Part shown: positions 62,783-64,000 of the stretch, piece after piece | How positions within the stretch are numbered: position 1 is the first letter of the stretch | Layout of the letters: each line of letters opens with the position of its first letter | NCBI GenBank assembly: GCA_002633005.1 | Contig: NMRA01000567.1 | Coordinates: 68,954 to 132,953, forward strand | Source: Phoronis australis | Lineage: Eukaryota; Animalia; Phoronida | Reading direction: 5' to 3' | DNA length: 64,000 bases | Notes under the pieces: generated by a model | Told to the model about the DNA's origin: nothing | The model's database searches: none | Seen by the model: the letters and a program-made list of their open reading frames with translations, nothing else | Translations under genes and position numbers: made by a program

Positions 62783-63099
62783 GTAATTGTTTTGATACTA
62801 AATGGACCATGTGTCACCTATACACGGCTGCTAACTCTTATACCCTCTACCCTGGTCGTAGATGATTTGCTAGCCTTCCCTTGGACTGGAAATTCATGTC
62901 AGTTATTAGCTTGGCTAATGTACTTCCCCATTTCCATCAGTTACAAAAAATTTGCTGGAAGCAACATGGTTTCAGAAAGCACCAATCCAATACTTAGTTA
63001 ATTGCTGGATTTTGGATTTGAGTTTGGAATTATTTGATAGCATGCATATATGGTGAGGTGTTCAATTCAATTTTTTCATTTCACAAGAGTTATTCGTGC

Positions 63100-64000
63100 G
63101 TCCATTTTTAGGTTCCTACAAATGAGAACATGACTGACTTTGATTTCCAGATGGGTCTATGTACTGTGGTGCCCCTACTGGCTTTTTTGCATCTGTTGCT
63201 GTATCTCTTATATCTTTGCATGATCTGTGGGAACTTTGACAAGTGTTCTGTAATTTGATGGACAGATCCGAATACCGCTGTGCCTCCTAGTGGCAGTTCA
63301 ATTTTTTTCATTTCCCAAATGTATCGTTGGAGTTCATTGATAGATTTTTATGAACTCTGGCATTCCGCAAATAGATTTATGTTGGGGAATTGATGACACC
63401 TTTCGTTTTTGGACGGGCTTGACAAATTCTGTGCCATTAAATGGCCAGTTTTTATGCGCCCACATATCTATATGTTGACGCATTATGCCGTCATCTCCGT
63501 CCGTCCGGGCGGCGTCCGTCCGACGTCCGCTGCTCTATCTCCAAAACCCTTTGACATACGTTCATGAAATTTGGCACATATGTTCCATTGATGAATGGGA
63601 CGGCATGAGCGAACTTTCGGACGGATCCGACTACTGGTGTGTCCCCTAGTGGCAATTTTAGTTTTTTACGCTTACCTTTTGTATCTTCAAAAGTCCTGAT
63701 CGGATTTTCATGAAATTTGGTATGTAGGCACCTATTAGTGAGATGGCAATATCCTCCCAGCTTCGTTAGCGCCACCTAGTGGCCATTTTTACTGTTTTTG
63801 AGTCTGTTTTTTGCGTCCACCCCTCTATCAACCAAACCGCTCAAAGGATGATTGTGAAAATTGGCCTGTATGTGCTTACTATGAAGAGTACGGTTGACGA
63901 TGATTTTCTGACGATTTTGACTACTGTGGCGCCTCCTAGTGGCAGTTTTGTTTTTTGCGCCTATGGCTGTATCTCTTAAACCGTTCGCAGGATCTTTACT
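63100..64000 (+). mobile_element. Helentron/DINE-1-like elements: degenerate units ~63100-63448 and a better-preserved copy starting at 63449 that runs off the window
   Basis: tttttatgcgcccacatatctatatgttgacgcat 5' hairpin, (CGTC)-type microsatellite ~63497-63530, then ~145-bp units with cctagtggc and ttcatgaaatttgg; same family as 26510-28056. Confidence 0.75.

Overview
Animal (invertebrate bilaterian-like, AT-rich, intron-dense) nuclear DNA, not a prokaryotic window. Two housekeeping genes sit head-to-head with only 325 bp between their start codons. TBCB (tubulin-folding cofactor B) is complete on the minus strand: 7 exons, 16751->3451, 252 aa. BIRC6/BRUCE/Apollon is on the plus strand from 17077: 42 GT-AG, phase-consistent exons traced by hand (about 3,720 codons), continuing past the window end, with the 5' part of exon 33 lost in an assembly gap (N at 53420). 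The introns hold a varied set of mobile DNA. The best-defined is an internally deleted Kolobok transposon (TTAA TSD, ~150-bp TIRs, THAP-transposase and P2X7-ballast-like KolX relics in convergent orientation). Also present are CAG-ended hAT-like elements with atypical 5-6 bp TSDs, a pogo/mariner-type non-autonomous element, Helentron/DINE-like elements with ~145-bp tandem arrays, a LINE 3' end with an (AAG)19 tail, an alternating inverted-repeat triplet, and a Crypton-like hairpin element carrying a tRNA-like Pol III head. Most short six-frame ORFs are exon read-throughs, antisense shadows or noise. No clearly new biological system is demonstrable from sequence alone; the leads are ranked below.
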